From the NCBI RefSeq assembly GCF_018350175.1, contig NC_058368.1:89158001-89222000 (forward strand): a stretch of DNA of 64,000 nucleotides, read 5' to 3'. The stretch is from Felis catus (Eukaryota). Both the position numbers and the translations under genes were made by a program. A model generated the notes under the pieces. The model saw nothing but the letters and a program-made list of their open reading frames with translations. It did no database searches and was not told the DNA's origin. The stretch's first letter is position 1; each line of letters starts with the position of its first letter. Of this stretch, positions 1-12,651 are shown in pieces.

Positions 1-308
<308 letters not shown>

Positions 309-706
309 TGAAAAGTTAGTGATTTGGATATCAGGAACCTACTAAGAGTACAACAGGTACCACTCACCCAAACAGTATGCAGGGGAGGCCCCAGGGAACC
401 AACTTATGCACTAAAGTCCATGCCCTAAAATCCGGAAACTATTAATTAGAGGTCATCATGAGATCCCATGTGTTCCTAATTGCATCCCTTACATGATATT
501 TATTGAGAGCCCTCAATAAATATTGAACTCTTGCACTCAGGTTCACATTCCTGTGGAGAAAATACAAATAAAAGAGTGAATTATATTGTAAGGTTAGAGG
601 ATGTTAGGTGCTAAAAAAAGTATTTTAGGTGCTGTACAGAAAATGAAGCAGGGAAGTGTGCTAGGGCATGGTAGGGTGTGTATGTGGATTTAAAAGTGGT
701 AGGTCA

Positions 707-909
707 GGGGCACCTGTGTGGCTCAGTCGGTTACGTGTCCGACTTCGGCTCAGGTCACGATCTCACGGTCGGTGGGTTCGAGCCCCGCGTTGGGCTCTGG
801 GCTGATGGCTCGGAGCCTGGAGCCTGCTTCCGATTCTGTGTCTCCCTCTCTCTCTGCCCCTCCCCCATTCATGCTCTGTCTCTCTCTGTCTCAAAAATAA
901 ATAAACGTT
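707..909 (+). mobile_element. CAN-SINE (felid SINEC type)
   Basis: tRNA-derived head GGGGCACCTG...GCTCAGTCGG, CT-rich tract and AATAAA. 15-bp TSD AAAAGTGGTAGGTCA at 692-706 and 910-924, at a TT/AAAA site. Confidence 0.95.
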
Positions 910-1097
910 AAAAGTGGTAGGTCAGGGAAGAAGATGGTTAGGCAATGAGCTGAAGGGTGAGGCCATTATCTAGGGCCAAAATTTTATTATAAGGCACACA
1001 CTGAAGGTTTTAATTTTCATGACCAATTGTTTTAAGTCTTGAGGATAAACCTAACCTATGGAGCATTTTTCACATTGGTATAAATAAAGTTATATTA

Positions 1098-1315
1098 CAG
1101 TTGACCTTAAACAATTCAGTGGGTTAAGAGTGCTGACCACTTTTGACTCCCCAAAACTTAATTATTAATAATCTACTGTTGACTGGCAGCCTTACTTATA
1201 ACACAAATAGGAGCTTAACATACATTTTGTATGTTATATGTATTATATGCTGTATTCTGACAATCAAGTAAGCTAGAAAAAAGAAAATGTTATTAAGAAA
1301 CCCATAAGGAAGAGA
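1098..1315. mobile_element. Tigger2-family DNA transposon fragment
   Basis: TA followed by a CAGTTGACCTT terminus; internal sequence resembles recalled Tigger2a (ttttgactccccaaaacttaa...aagtaagctagaaaaaagaaaatgttattaagaa). Confidence 0.7.
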
Positions 1316-3202
1316 GGAACTTGGGAAAATGACAGAGTTGGAAGACCCTGAACTCATCCCATCCCACATTTACAACTAAATATCATCCACATCCAAGTCA
1401 ACAAACCAGAGAGTGATCTGAAGACTTGCAGAACAAACTCCACAATTAAATATAGAGAAGAAGCTGCAGCTGAAAGGTTAGAAAGGTCAAAAATGCAAAG
1501 GGAGGTTACCCACATAGAGAGGGCAGAGAAACAAGCCCTCACACCAGGGATTTCACATGGGGAAGACTATTCCCCATAATGTTTGTCATTAAAAACTGGA
1601 GAGGCTGAATTCTGTGAGTTTGTAAAAACAGTGGGATTTGGAGCCTGGAGCTTTAAAAGTCAGCTGATTTGGCATTGGGTGAGCTGGGAGTGTGACAGCT
1701 GGGTCACTTAAAAAGACAGAAGCCTGCACACAGAGGCAACATAAAAAAAGGCAGTTGACACAAAGTTGGGGTAAACAGAGGTCAGATCTGTTCATAGTGA
1801 TTTCAGAGAGTGTTGGGGGAATTCTCCAAAAATGAGGGAGCTAGCAGGCCCATTTTTCTCCACCACCTCCCAGCATAAACACAGAGCCATCTGTGGGAGG
1901 TGAGGCTGCACAGACACTTGTCTTGACCCAGAGTTCAGGGCAAATTTTGTTAAAGCTGCACATGCATCCTACCCAGCTGACAGGTGCACAGCTCCACAGC
2001 CTACCCTGCCCAGCTGCAGTGCAGTGCCCAGCCCTGCACCACGAGCCACCATCATGGGCCATACTCAGTCACACTCAGGCATCATTGAGTGCTGTGACCA
2101 GCCTCATTTCCCTACCAGCCTGGTGAAAGCCCCCAGCTGTCACAGTGCTCCGGGGGATCTGGCATAGGAGAAGTGGTCCAATGCAAATATTGCTAACACC
2201 TCCACCACACTCGCAAGTGTCCATCACAGCTAGCATGCCTAGGTCCCACTAATGTCACAGAGAGCAAGCATAGCCCACAACAAGAGAAGAGTGAGGGAAG
2301 ACAACTACATTGAAAAGAAAACTGACTCAAACTCAACAGTAAGGCATAAGCAAAACACATAGGATGTTTTCCTGAAGTGACTGTTCCTTGTAAACAGGGG
2401 ACACTGTACTGCAGGGCACTCCAGGATCGATTCTTCATAAAGTAACTTTCAAAAGCAGAAAACATAGCTAACTTTCTTAACACGGAGAAACAGACACAGA
2501 GGGGCAGACAAAATGATAGAGAAAATTATCACAAAGAGATCTAAGTGAAACAGAAATAAGTAACATACCTGATAGATAAATTAAAGCAATAACCATAAGG
2601 ATAATCACTGGACTTGAGAAAAGACTGAAGGACATTACTGATCGAGACGGGTCATGATCTCATAGTCTATGGGTTCAAACCCCGCATTGAGCTCTGTGCT
2701 GACAGCTCAGAGCCTGAAGCCTGCTTCAGATTCTGTCTCTGTCTCTGTCTCTGTTTCTGTCTCTCTCTCTCTGCCCCTCCCCCACTCATGCTCTGTCTCT
2801 CTCTCTCTCTCAAAAATAAATAAAAATTAAAAAACTTTTTTAGAAATAAAAAATAAATTTGCAAAATATAGTGATAAAAAGTCTTAAACAAAAGACAAAA
2901 GAAGTCAAGGGAAAGCCCATAAGATTAGCAGATTTTTTAATAGAAACATTGCAAGCCAAAAGGAAATGGTGATTATTCAAAGTGCTGAATGGGAAAAATC
3001 TGCAGCCAAGAATACACTATCTAGCAAGGCTATCATTAAGAATAGAAGGAAAGATAAAGAGTTTCCCAGACAAACAAAAACTTGAGGAGTTAGTGACCTA
3101 CTAAACCAGCCCTGGGAGATATATTAAAAGGGACTCTTTGTGTGGAAAGAAGAGATCAAAAATGACAGTATAAAGGTAGGAAACACAAAAGCAGTAAAAA
3201 TG
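1316..3202 (+). mobile_element. Older carnivore L1, 5' UTR plus degraded ORF1
   Basis: 5' end is similar to the minus-strand L1 5' end at ~14900-15058. ORF1 C-terminal sequence at 2910-3150 (aatgggaaaaatctgcagccaagaatac, gaaggaaagataaagagtttcccagac). Confidence 0.8.
2651..2833 (+). mobile_element. 5'-truncated CAN-SINE inside L1 ORF1
   Basis: gtcatgatctc...gacagctcagagcctg, CT tract, AATAAATAAA tail. Confidence 0.88.
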
Positions 3203-3287
3203 AATATTGCACACTAATGCAAATGATTATACAAAATCAACTTTTTTGAATATCATACATAGTATATTAATAAGGCTATAACTTTTT

Positions 3288-3905
3288 AAAGTTTTTACTT
3301 TAATTCCAGTTAGTTAACATACAGTGTTATATTAGTTTCAAGTGTACAACATAGTGATTCAACAATTCCAAACATCACCCAGTAATGATGTACTTATCAT
3401 GACAAGTGCACTCCTTAATCCCCATCACCTATTTAACCATCCTTCACCCAACCTCCCCTCTGGTAACCATTAGTTTGTTCTCTATAGTTAAGAGTTTGTT
3501 TCTTGGTTTGCCTCTCTCTCTCTTCTTTTCCCTTTGTTCCTTTGTTTTGTTTTTTAATTTCCACACATGAGTGAAATCAAATGGTATTTTTCTTTCTCTA
3601 ATTTATTTCACCTAGCGTAAAACTCTCTAGCTCCATCTATGTCTTTGCAAATAGCAAAATTTCATCCTTTTTATGGCAGAGTAATATTCCATTGTATATG
3701 TATACATGTTTTCTCTATCCATTCATCAGACAATGGACACTTGGGCTGCTTCCATATCTTGGCTATTGTTGATTATACTGCAATAAACATATGGGTGCAT
3801 GTAATCCCTTTGAATTCTGTTTTTGTATCCTTGGGTAAATATCTAATTGTGAGTTGTTGGATCATAAGGTAGTTCTATTTTTAACTCTTGAGGAAACTCC
3901 ATGCT
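3288..3905 (-). mobile_element. Carnivore L1 3' end
   Basis: gttagttaacatacagtgttatattagtttca is the reverse of the carnivore L1 3' terminus; ORF2 C-terminal sequence follows. Confidence 0.88.
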
Positions 3906-4225
3906 GTGAAATAAGCCAGACACCAAGGGACAAATATTGTTTGATTCACTTACAGTGAGGTGACTAGAGTCATCAAATTCATTTAGAGATGGAAGGTAGA
4001 ATAGGAGTTGCCAGAGACTGGGTTGGGGTGGCTGGTAAATGGGGAGTTAGTATTTAATGAGTAGAATTTCAGTTTGGGAATTTGAAAAGAGTTGTGGAGA
4101 TGGATGATGATGATGATCCACAACAATGTGAAAGCAACTTAATGCCACTGAATTGTACTCTCAAAAATGGTTAAGATGGTAAATTTTATGTTATACATTT
4201 TACCACAATAAAAAAGAAAAATGTA
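3906..4225 (+). mobile_element. Ancient L1 (L1MB-like) 3' end
   Basis: gtgaaataagccagacacc...ggagatggat...aatgccactgaattgtac...aaaaatggttaagatggtaaattttatg followed by an A-rich tail. Confidence 0.75.
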
Positions 4226-4442
4226 GGGGCGCCTGGGTGGTGCAGTCGGTTAAGCGTCCGACTTCAGCCAGGTCACGATCTCGTGGTCCGTGAGTTCGAG
4301 CCCCGCGTCAGGCTCTGGGCTGATGGCTCAGAGCCTGGAGCCTGTTTCTGATTCTGTGTCTCCCTCTCTCTCTGCCCCTCCCCCATTCATGCTCTGTCTC
4401 TCTCTGTCCCAAAAATAAATAAACGTTGAAAAAAAATTAAAA
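4226..4442 (+). mobile_element. Young felid CAN-SINE
   Basis: CpG-rich, little-decayed body. TSD AAAAAAGAAAAATGTA at 4210-4225 and 4443-4458. Confidence 0.95.
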
Positions 4443-5198
4443 AAAAAAGAAAAATGTATTTTTAAAAAGACCACTGAACTGAAATCATCACTTGAAAAAT
4501 AATTATCTTTAACAGACACCAAATTATTCCATTAAATTGCCACAAGAATTTTGAAAGAGTTACCTTCCATTTTCCATGTATCTCTTTGCCATCTAGCCCC
4601 TGTCTGAGTGGGCCTGGGCCACATCTTGCTTCAGTGCAGAGCCTCCTCAGTGAGCCTGGGGAGGACAAGGGGGAACTGGTAGTCAACCCTTAAGCAATTT
4701 TGCTAACATTTCTTCCAAAGGTGTGATGAGAAGTAAAAGCAAGTGTTTATAAGAAGTTGGCAAAATGAAATGACTTGTGGAGTTGACCCTAGCAGTAGAG
4801 AGCAATAATTCACCGTTCTTTGGATACCAACACCTTGGATTTTCAAGTTCTTCAGATATAGGACAATTGTGGAGAGTAGAGGGAGGACAGAGCCATGGTC
4901 ACAGTTCTAAGCTGGGAGAGTAGGTGGGGTCCATCACTACCTCCCTTCCACATCCTTCAATTTCCCTTTTCCACTAAGCAAGTTCGAGCTGGCCACTATT
5001 CCTCAGGGTCCTACCTGGGGAGAGCGTGGTGCTGCCGCTGTCATGATGCCCGTTTTCACAGATTGCTATGGTGCTGCCCAGAAGGTTTAACGCCTGCCAA
5101 CTTGGAAGGATTTCCGGCACGCTGGGTCCAGAATAGTCTTCTCACTTAGTGTTTAGTGGTGCCTAAAGCGAAACAACTCCTTGTGGGGTGTTTTCCAG

Positions 5199-5327
5199 AT
5201 GCATTTTTACCCGGAACCTCACCCTGGAAGAGAGCTTTCCTTGGGTCTCTGGTGGGACTGCCATTCCTCCTGGCTTTTCTCTTGACGCTGGCGCTGTACT
5301 TCTTTCAGAAGCAACGTAGGTCCCAAG
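5199..5327 (+). CDS. BTNL9: BTNL9 transmembrane exon (129 bp)
   Basis: Acceptor ttttccag|AT and donor CAAG|gtacgg. Encodes (D)AFLPGTSPWKRAFLGSLVGLPFLLAFLLTLALYFFQKQRRSQ, a hydrophobic helix followed by a basic stop-transfer segment. Confidence 0.93.
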
Positions 5328-5511
5328 GTACGGGGCAGGCTGGGGGCCTCCCGCCAGGCTCAGGCTTTGCTGGGAGGAAAGTGGAGGAGGAGGCCCGTGG
5401 AGAGGGCACCGAAGAGGTGCGGTCTTGCGAAAACGCGGGGCTGAGGTGGGCCTTGGAAACAGCAGGCGAGTGTGTACCGTCACGTGCACTCCCCTTCTTT
5501 CCTCTTTTCAG

Positions 5512-5544
5512 AAAAGTTGAAGGAGCAGGCTGAGAAGGACAAAG
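5512..5544 (+). CDS. BTNL9: BTNL9 juxtamembrane linker exon (33 bp), (E)KLKEQAEKDK
   Basis: Polypyrimidine tract with ttttcag|AA acceptor, AAAG|gtaagc donor, phase 1-1. Confidence 0.9.
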
Positions 5545-5844
5545 GTAAGCAGGGAAAGAGGCGCGCTCTTTGCCCGCACCCTTAACTAGCTGAAGGTGGT
5601 GGGGAGAGGGGGAATTTGCTGGTTCAGGAAGGCGAGCACTTCAGACCCGGGGCGCTTGAAAGTGAGAAACGCGGTGGCGGAGGTTTGCTCTGCCACTTCC
5701 CCTGCCACGGAGCCGGCTCCTCCCTCGCGTGTAGCCCATCCTGGTTCCTCAGAACGCACTGGGGCCGAGTCTGTGCACTTTAGAGAAGTGAAGCCTCAGT
5801 GTACATCAATTGAGATTTTCCTCTTTTCTTCGTTTTTTCTCTAG

Positions 5845-5865
5845 GGAGACTCACAGAAGAGCTGG
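5845..5865 (+). CDS. BTNL9: BTNL9 heptad micro-exon (21 bp), (G)RLTEEL
   Basis: ttttttctctag|GG ... CTGG|gtaagt. Typical 21-bp butyrophilin heptad exon. Confidence 0.9.
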
Positions 5866-6548
5866 GTAAGTTCTGGGTACCACGCCCACAGTGAGGCTAC
5901 CGACTAGTGGGGTAACCCGATGCGTGCGGGGTGGAAGGTGTTCAGTAGTTTAGGCTCCCTGTGGAGAGTGATGGACCGCAACAGTCTAATTCTAAACCCA
6001 TCCTTCTGCTCCGCCCACCTCTCCACCCCCAAATAACTCGCGTGCAGCCCTGAAGTATGTCTGACTTCAGACCCGCCCCCAGACAAACCCTGCCAGCCCC
6101 TCTCCTGCAAATTATAGGATTCGGTTACAATTCCACCATTAAACGTTCATTTTCCTAGGATATCTTTCTCTTTTTAATGCAAATGACACTGAGAAGGGAG
6201 GCACGTTTAATTTGCAGGGAAGTGTGAGTAATTTGTCAGATTCACTTTTCTCCCCAAGGAATTCAGCACCATGGGCTGTGTGCCTGAACAGAGGAGGGTA
6301 GAGTGAATCCAAAGGAAGGGGGAGATGGAGGAGAAGGCCACAATAGGTGTGGGGATTGGGTGGGTGGGTGGGGGGAAGACCTCAGGAACCACCTTGCATG
6401 CTGCAATTAAACTCCAGGCAAAATTATGAGGTTCCAGAATCTTGTGTTGTAGTCCACCTAGTCCTGTGGAAGGGCAACTATAGTAAGTAATTAACACGCT
6501 GGTCTAAATTAGTGTATAGTGTTGCCTTTCCTAGGAGGATTTACTTTT

Positions 6549-6763
6549 TAATTTTTTAATTTTACATTTATTTATTTTTGAGAGACAGAGAGCACGAGCA
6601 AGGGAGGGGCAGAGAGAGAAGGAGACATAGAATCTGAAGCAGGCTCCAGGCTCTGAGCAAGAGTTCAGCACAGAGCCCGATGTGGGGCTTGAACCCATGA
6701 ACTGGGTGATAATGAGTTGAGCTGAAGTCAGATGCTCAACTGACTGAGCTACCCAGGCGCCCC
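6549..6763 (-). mobile_element. CAN-SINE
   Basis: Reverse-strand SINE. TSD TAGGAGGATTTACTTTT at 6532-6548 and 6764-6780. Confidence 0.93.
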
Positions 6764-8496
6764 TAGGAGGATTTACTTTTTTAAAAAGTTTTTAATTCCA
6801 GTTAGTTAACATACAGTGTTATATTCGTTTCAGGTGTACAATATAGTGATTCAACACGTCCATGCATCACCCAATGCTCATACAGACAAGTGCACTCCTT
6901 AATCCCCATCACCTGTTTAACCCACCCCCACCGACCTCCCCTCTGTTTGTTCCAGTCTATTTCTTGATTTGTCTTTATCTCTTTCTCTCTTATATTTACC
7001 TTTTGCTTGTTTGTTTTGTTTCTTAAATTCCACATATGAGTGAAATAACGCAGTATTTCTCTTTCTCTGTCTTATTTTGCTTGGCATCATACTCTGCAGC
7101 TTCATCTATGTCTTGCAAATGGCAAGATTTCATTCTTTTTATGGCTAAATAATATTACATTACACACACACACACACACCACTTCTTCTTTATCCATTCA
7201 TCAATTGATGGACATTTGGGCTGCTTCCATGGCTATAGTAAATAATGCTGCAATAATGAGCATTGTATTCTTTGTATTCATTGTATTCATTGTATTCTTT
7301 GGATAACTACCTAGCAGTGCAATTGCTGGATCATAATTGGTCTATACTTTTAACTTTCTGATAAACTTCCATACTGTTTTCCAGAGTGGCTGCACCAGTT
7401 TGCATTCCCATCAACAGTGCAAGAGGGTTCCCCTTTCTCCATATCCTTGCCAACACCTATTGTTTCCTAAGTTGTTGATTTTAGCCATTCTGATAGGTGT
7501 GATAGCTCATTGTGGTTTTGATTTGTATCTCCCTGATGATGAGTGATATTGAGAATATTTTCATGTGTCTGTTGGCCATGTCTTGGTCTTCTTTGGAAAA
7601 AATGTCTATTCATGTTTATTTGGTTTTGGGTTGTTGAGTTTTATAAGTTCTTTATAGATTTTGGATACTAATTTGCAAGGAAGTGTGAGTAATTTATCAG
7701 ATTCACGAAACAATCAGTTTTGTTGATTGTTTCCTTCATTGTGAAGATGTTTTTTTATTTTGCTGAAGTCCCAATAGTTTATTTTTGCTTTTGTTTTCCT
7801 TGCCTTGGGAGATGTATCTAGAAAGAAATTGCCATGGCCAATGTCAAAAATGTTACTACCTGTGTTCTCCTAGGAATTTAATAGTTTCCTGTCTCACATT
7901 TAAGTGTTTCAATCATTTTGAATTTACTTTTGTGTATCGTGTAAGAGAGTGGTCCATTTCATTCTTTTGCATGTTGCTGCCTGGTTTTCCCAACACCATT
8001 TGTTGAAGACACTGTCTTTTTCCCATTGGATATTCTTTCCTGCTTTGTTGAAGATTAACTGACCATATAGTTGTAGGTTCATTTATGAATTTCTGTTCTG
8101 TTCTATTGATCTATGTGTGTCTATTTTTGTGCCAAATACTGTTTTGATTACTACAGCTTCGTAATATAACATGAAGTCCAGAATTGTGATTCACCTAGCT
8201 TTGCTTTTCCTTTTCAAGATATCTTTGGCTATTCTTCATGGTTTCGCACAAAATTTAATATTGTTTGTACTAGATCTGTGAAAAATGCTGTTGATATTTT
8301 GACATGGATTGCATCAAATGTGTAGATTGCTTTGGGTAGTATAGACATTTTAACAATATTTGTTCTTCCAATCCATGAGTATGAAATGTCTATCCATTTC
8401 TTTGTGTCATCTTAAATTTCTTTCATCAGTGTTTTATAGTTTTCAGAATACAGTTCTTTTATCTCTTTTGGTAGGTTTATTTCTAAGTATCTTATT

Positions 8497-8521
8497 AAAA
8501 ATTTTTTTATGTTTATTTATT

Positions 8522-8562
<41 letters not shown>

Positions 8563-8728
8563 ATGAGCAGAGGAGGGGCAGAGAGAGACACACACACAGA
8601 ATCGGAAGCAGGCTCCAGGCTCTGGGCTGTCAGCACAGGGCCTGATGTGGGGCTCGAACCCACAAACTGTGAGGTCATGACCTGAGCCGAAGTCGGACAC
8701 TCAACTGACTGAGCCACCCAGATGCCCC
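8497..8728 (-). mobile_element. CAN-SINE nested in L1
   Basis: TSD TCTAAGTATCTTATT at 8482-8496 and 8729-8743; (GA)n tract. Confidence 0.93.
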
Positions 8729-9600
8729 TCTAAGTATCTTATTGATGTTGGCACAATTATAAATGGAACTGATTCCTTAATTTATTTCTGGTGCTTCATT
8801 ATTGGTGTATAGAAGTGCAACAGGTTTCTATGTGTTGATTTGTTACACTGTGACTTTACTGAATTCTTTTATCAGTTCTAGCAGTTTTTTAGTGGAGTCT
8901 TTTGGGTTTTCTATATAGAGTACCATGTCATCTGCAAATAGTAAAGTCTTACTACTTCCTTACCCGTTTGGATTCCTTTTGTTTCTTTTTGTCGTCTGAT
9001 TACTGAGGCTAGGACTTCCAGGATTATGTTAAATAACAGTGCTGAGAGTGGACATCCCTGTCTTGTTCCTGACCGTAGAAGAAAAGTTCTCAATTTTTCC
9101 CCATTAAGGATGATATTAGCTGTGGATTTTTCATAGATGGCCTTTATTATGTAGAAGCATGTTATCTCTAAACCTATTTTGTTGAGGGTTTTTGTCATGC
9201 ATGGATGTTGTACTTTGTCAAATGCTTTTTATGAATCTATTGAAAGGCTCATATGGTTCTTATCTTTTTTTTCTTATTGATGTGATGTATCACATTGATT
9301 GCTTTGTGAATATGGCGCCCGTGCAGCCCAGGAATAAATCTCACTTGATCATGGTGAATGATTTTTTAAAAGTACTATTGGATTTTGTTTGCTAGGATTT
9401 TGTTGAGGATTTTTGCATCTATGTTCATCAGAGATATTGGCCTGTAGTTCTCCGTCTGTCTCTGTCTCTCTCTCTTTTTTTCCTTGGTGTCTTTATCTGG
9501 TTTTGGCATCAAGGTAATACTGCCCTCATGGAATGAATTTGGAAGTTTTCTTTTATATTTTTTGGAACAGTTTGAAAAGAATAGGTATTAACTCTTCTTT

Positions 9601-11426
9601 TTTTTTTTTACTTTTTTAAAAATATAATTTATTGTCAAGTTAGCTAACATACGGAATATACAGTGTGCTCTTGGCTTCAGAAATAGATTCCCATGATTCA
9701 TCACCTACATACAACACCCAGTGCTCATCCCAACAAGGGCCTTTCTCAATACCTATCACCCATTTTACCCTCCACCCTACCCTCTTCCATCAACCCTCAA
9801 TTTATTCTCTATATTTAAGAGTCTCTTATGGTTTGGCCCTGTCTCAGTTTGTGGCTATTTTTTCCTTCCCTTCCCCCATGGTTTTCTGTTAAGTTTCTCA
9901 AATTCCACATATGAGTGAAAACATATGATATCTGTCTTTCTCTGACTGACTTATTTCACTTAGCATAATACCCTCCAGTTCCATCCATGTTGTTGCAAAA
10001 GGTAAGATTTCATTATTTTTTATTGCCAAGTAGTACACCATTGTATGTATGTATATACCACATCTTCATTATCCATTCATCAGTTGATGGACATTTGGTC
10101 TCTTTCCATAATTTGACTGTTGTTGATAGCACATGATTAGGTGAGATTCATTACTAGGCTGCAGGGCTGGTTCAATATCTGCAAATCAATCAATGTGATA
10201 CATCACATTAATAGAAGGATATGAACCATATGATCTTATCAATAGATGCAGAAAAAGCATTTGACAAAATACAGTATCCTTTCTTAATGAAAACCTTCAA
10301 GAAAGTTGTGATAGAAGGAACATACCTTAACATCATAAAAGCCATATATGAAAGGCCCACAGCTAATATCATCCTCAATGGGGAAAAACTGAGAGCTTTC
10401 CCCCTAAGATCAGGAACATGACAGGGATGTCCACTGTCATAACTTTTGTTTAACATAGTGTTGGAAGTCTTAGACTAAGCAATCAGGCAACAAAATGAAA
10501 TAAAAAGCATCCAAATTGGCAAAGAAGAAGACAAACTTTCACTCTTCACAGGTTACATGATACTCTACATTTCAGGAAAACCTGAAAGACTGTACACAAA
10601 AACTGCTAGAACTGATACATGAATTCAACAAAGTCTCAAGATGTAAAATCAGTGTACAGAAATCAGTTGCATTTCTGTACACCAATAATGGAGTGACAGA
10701 AACAGATATCGGGGGGGGGGGGGCACCTGGGTGGCCCAGTCAGTTAAGCGTTCGACTTCAGCTCAGGTCATGATCTCATGGTTTGTGGGCTCTGTCCCCA
10801 CATCAGGCATGTGCTGATGACTCAGAGTCTGGAGCCTGATTCAGATTCTGTATCTCCCTTTCTCTCTGTCCCTCCCCTGCTTGCTCTCTGTCTCTCTCTT
10901 TCTCAAAAATAAATAAACATTAAAAAAAGAAAGAGATATCAAGGAACCAATTCCATTTACAAATGTATCAAGAACCATAAAATACCTAGGAATAAACCTA
11001 GCAAAAGATGTAAAAGGTCTATATCCTGGAAACTATAGAAAACTTATGAAAGAAATTGAAGAAGACACAAAGAAAAGGAAAAGCATTCCATGCTCATGAA
11101 CAGGAAAAACAAATATTGTTAAAATGTCCATACTACCCAATGCAATCTACACGTTCAGTGCAATCCCAATCAAAATAACACCAGCATTCTTCTCAGAGCT
11201 AGAACAAGCAATCCTAAAATTTGTATGGAACCACAAAAGACCCTGAATAGCCAAAGTAATGTGGAAAAAGAAAACCAAAGCTGGAAGCATCACAATTCCA
11301 GATTTTAGCCTGTACTACAAAGCTGTAATCATCAAGACAGTATGGTATTGGCACAAAAAGAGACACATAGACCAATGGAATGGAATGGAGAACCCAGAAT
11401 TGGACACACAAAAGTATGGCCAAATC
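9601..11426. mobile_element. Nested L1 with 5' inversion (3' end on - at 9601-~10130, ORF2 on + at ~10130-11426)
   Basis: TSD AACTCTTCTTT at 9590-9600 and 11427-11437; the host L1 resumes in register after it. Confidence 0.85.
10711..10927 (+). mobile_element. CAN-SINE with a 5' G13 run, nested in the inverted L1 segment
   Basis: TSD AGAAA(C/G)AGATATC on both sides. Confidence 0.9.
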
Positions 11427-12651
11427 AACTCTTCTTTATATGTTTGGTAGAATTCTCCTGTGCAGCCATCTGGTTCTGGACTTCTATATGTTGCGAGTTT
11501 TTTTGATTACTGATTCAATTTCTTTGCTGGTTATTAGTCTGTTCAAATTTTCTATTTTGTTCAGTTTCAGTTTTGGTAGTTTATATATTTCTAGAAATGT
11601 ATCCATTTCTTCTATGTTGTCCAATTTGTTGTTTGTCCAATTTTTCATTATATTCTCTTATGACTGTATTTCTGTGGTGTTGGTTGTTCTTTCTCTTCTC
11701 TCAATTGTGATTTTATTTATTTGAGTCCTTTCTCTTTTTTTCTCGATAAGTCTGGATAAAGAGCTATAAATTTTATGGATTTTTTTTCAAAGAACCAGCT
11801 TCTGGTTTTATTAATCTGCTCTATGGTTTTTGTAGTTTCTATATCACCTAATTATTTTCTAATCTTTATTATTTCTTTCTTCTTCTGGTTTTAGGTTTTG
11901 TTTGTTGTTCTTTCTCTAACCTCTTTGGTACAGGGTTCGGCTGTTTGAGCTTTTTCTTGCTTCATGAGGTAGGTCTGTATTGCTCTCAACTTCCCTCTTA
12001 GAACCAGTTTTGCAGTATCCAAGAAGTTTTGGCCCATTGTGGTTTCATTTTCATCTGTTTACATGTACTTTTTAAATTTCTTCTTTGATTTCTGGTTGAC
12101 CAGAAATTCATTGTTTAGTATCGTGCTGTTTAACCTCCATGTATTTGTAGTCTTTCCATATTTTTTTCTTGTGCTTGTTTTCTAGTTTCATAGCATTATG
12201 GTCATAAAAATTGCACGGTATGATTTCAAGCTTGAATTTGTTGAGGGTTGTGTTGTGGCCTAATATGTGATCTATTCTGGAGAATATCCTGTGTGGACTT
12301 GAAAAGAATGTGTATTACAAAAATAAACTCAAAATGGATGAAAAACCTAAATGTCAGACAGGAAGCCATCAAAATCCTTGAAGAGAAAGCAGGCAAAAAC
12401 CTCTTTGATCTTGGCCGCAGCAACTTCTTACTCAGCACGTCTATGGAGGCAAGGGAAACAAAAGCAAAAATGAACTACTGGGAACTCATCAAAATAAAAA
12501 GCTTCTGCACAGCAAAGCATAAATAGCAAAATAGAAATAAAAGGAAAAGTTGCAAACTCATTGTATGAAGCCAGCATTAACTTGATTGCAAAACCAAAGA
12601 CCCCACTAAAAAGGAGAACTACAGACCAAATTCCCTAATGAACATGGATGC

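Noticed and set aside
678..911. Recurrent short ORFs (MAQSV...SLSQK and similar) as a peptide family, or SINE heads as tRNA genes
   Set aside because: These are translations of tRNA-derived CAN-SINEs with CT tracts, tails and TSDs.
5156..5533. 125-aa ORF as a separate membrane protein
   Set aside because: It is the transmembrane exon plus read-through into flanking introns; good splice sites at 5199 and 5327.
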